64,000 nucleotides of DNA from Eledone cirrhosa (lineage: Eukaryota): assembly GCA_964016885.1 (NCBI GenBank), contig OZ024742.1:311240001-311304000 (forward strand), written 5' to 3'. A program made the position numbers and the translations under genes. Numbering within the stretch: the first letter of the stretch is position 1; the number at the start of each line of letters is the position of its first letter. The notes under the pieces are model-generated. The model saw only the letters and a list, made by a program, of their open reading frames with translations. It was not told the origin of the DNA and did no database searches. Positions 63,731 through 64,000 of the stretch are shown here, one piece after another.

Positions 63731-64000
63731 GCCGCCAGTCTATGACGTTCGAGATGTTTGGTGGAGTTGGGCTGCTGACAGCGAGGTTCTTGTTATCTCT
63801 GCCAACCTTTAAAAACCCAAACAAGGAGTACCATGAAAAAGTGCCCCCAAAATGGGGAGATTTTACATAATGAAAGCTATACCCATTTTCACAAGAGAAG
63901 ACATCTCTCACCCACCCCAAAGTGGGTGGGAGATCTCCCCGTTGGACGAGGAGAGTTGACATGTCAGGTCTGGTGTGTGTGTGTGTGGAGTGGGGTTGAA

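Overview
AT-rich, repeat-dense animal DNA. The SINE and RTE-LINE repertoire suggests a coleoid cephalopod (octopus-like), which is an inference. The only clear host gene is SAP30L-like (Sin3-HDAC subunit), with 4 coding exons on + at 34962-44685 giving 175 aa. The rest is mostly transposon debris: Meta- and CORE-type SINEs, RTE LINE fragments, piggyBac, mariner and hAT-like MITEs, tandem non-autonomous Helitrons, a deleted Gypsy element with a tRNA-Trp PBS, a CRE-like endonuclease relic and a Penelope-like GIY-YIG fragment. The strongest unexplained signal is a set of about 9 minimal type I hammerhead ribozyme motifs (some decayed) from at least 5 sequence families. They sit in short non-coding elements beside (TA)n tracts, often as tandem or fold-back palindromes. 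This fits a Penelope-mobilised, retrozyme-like system of non-autonomous ribozyme elements. All calls were made by eye, with no database searches or folding software.
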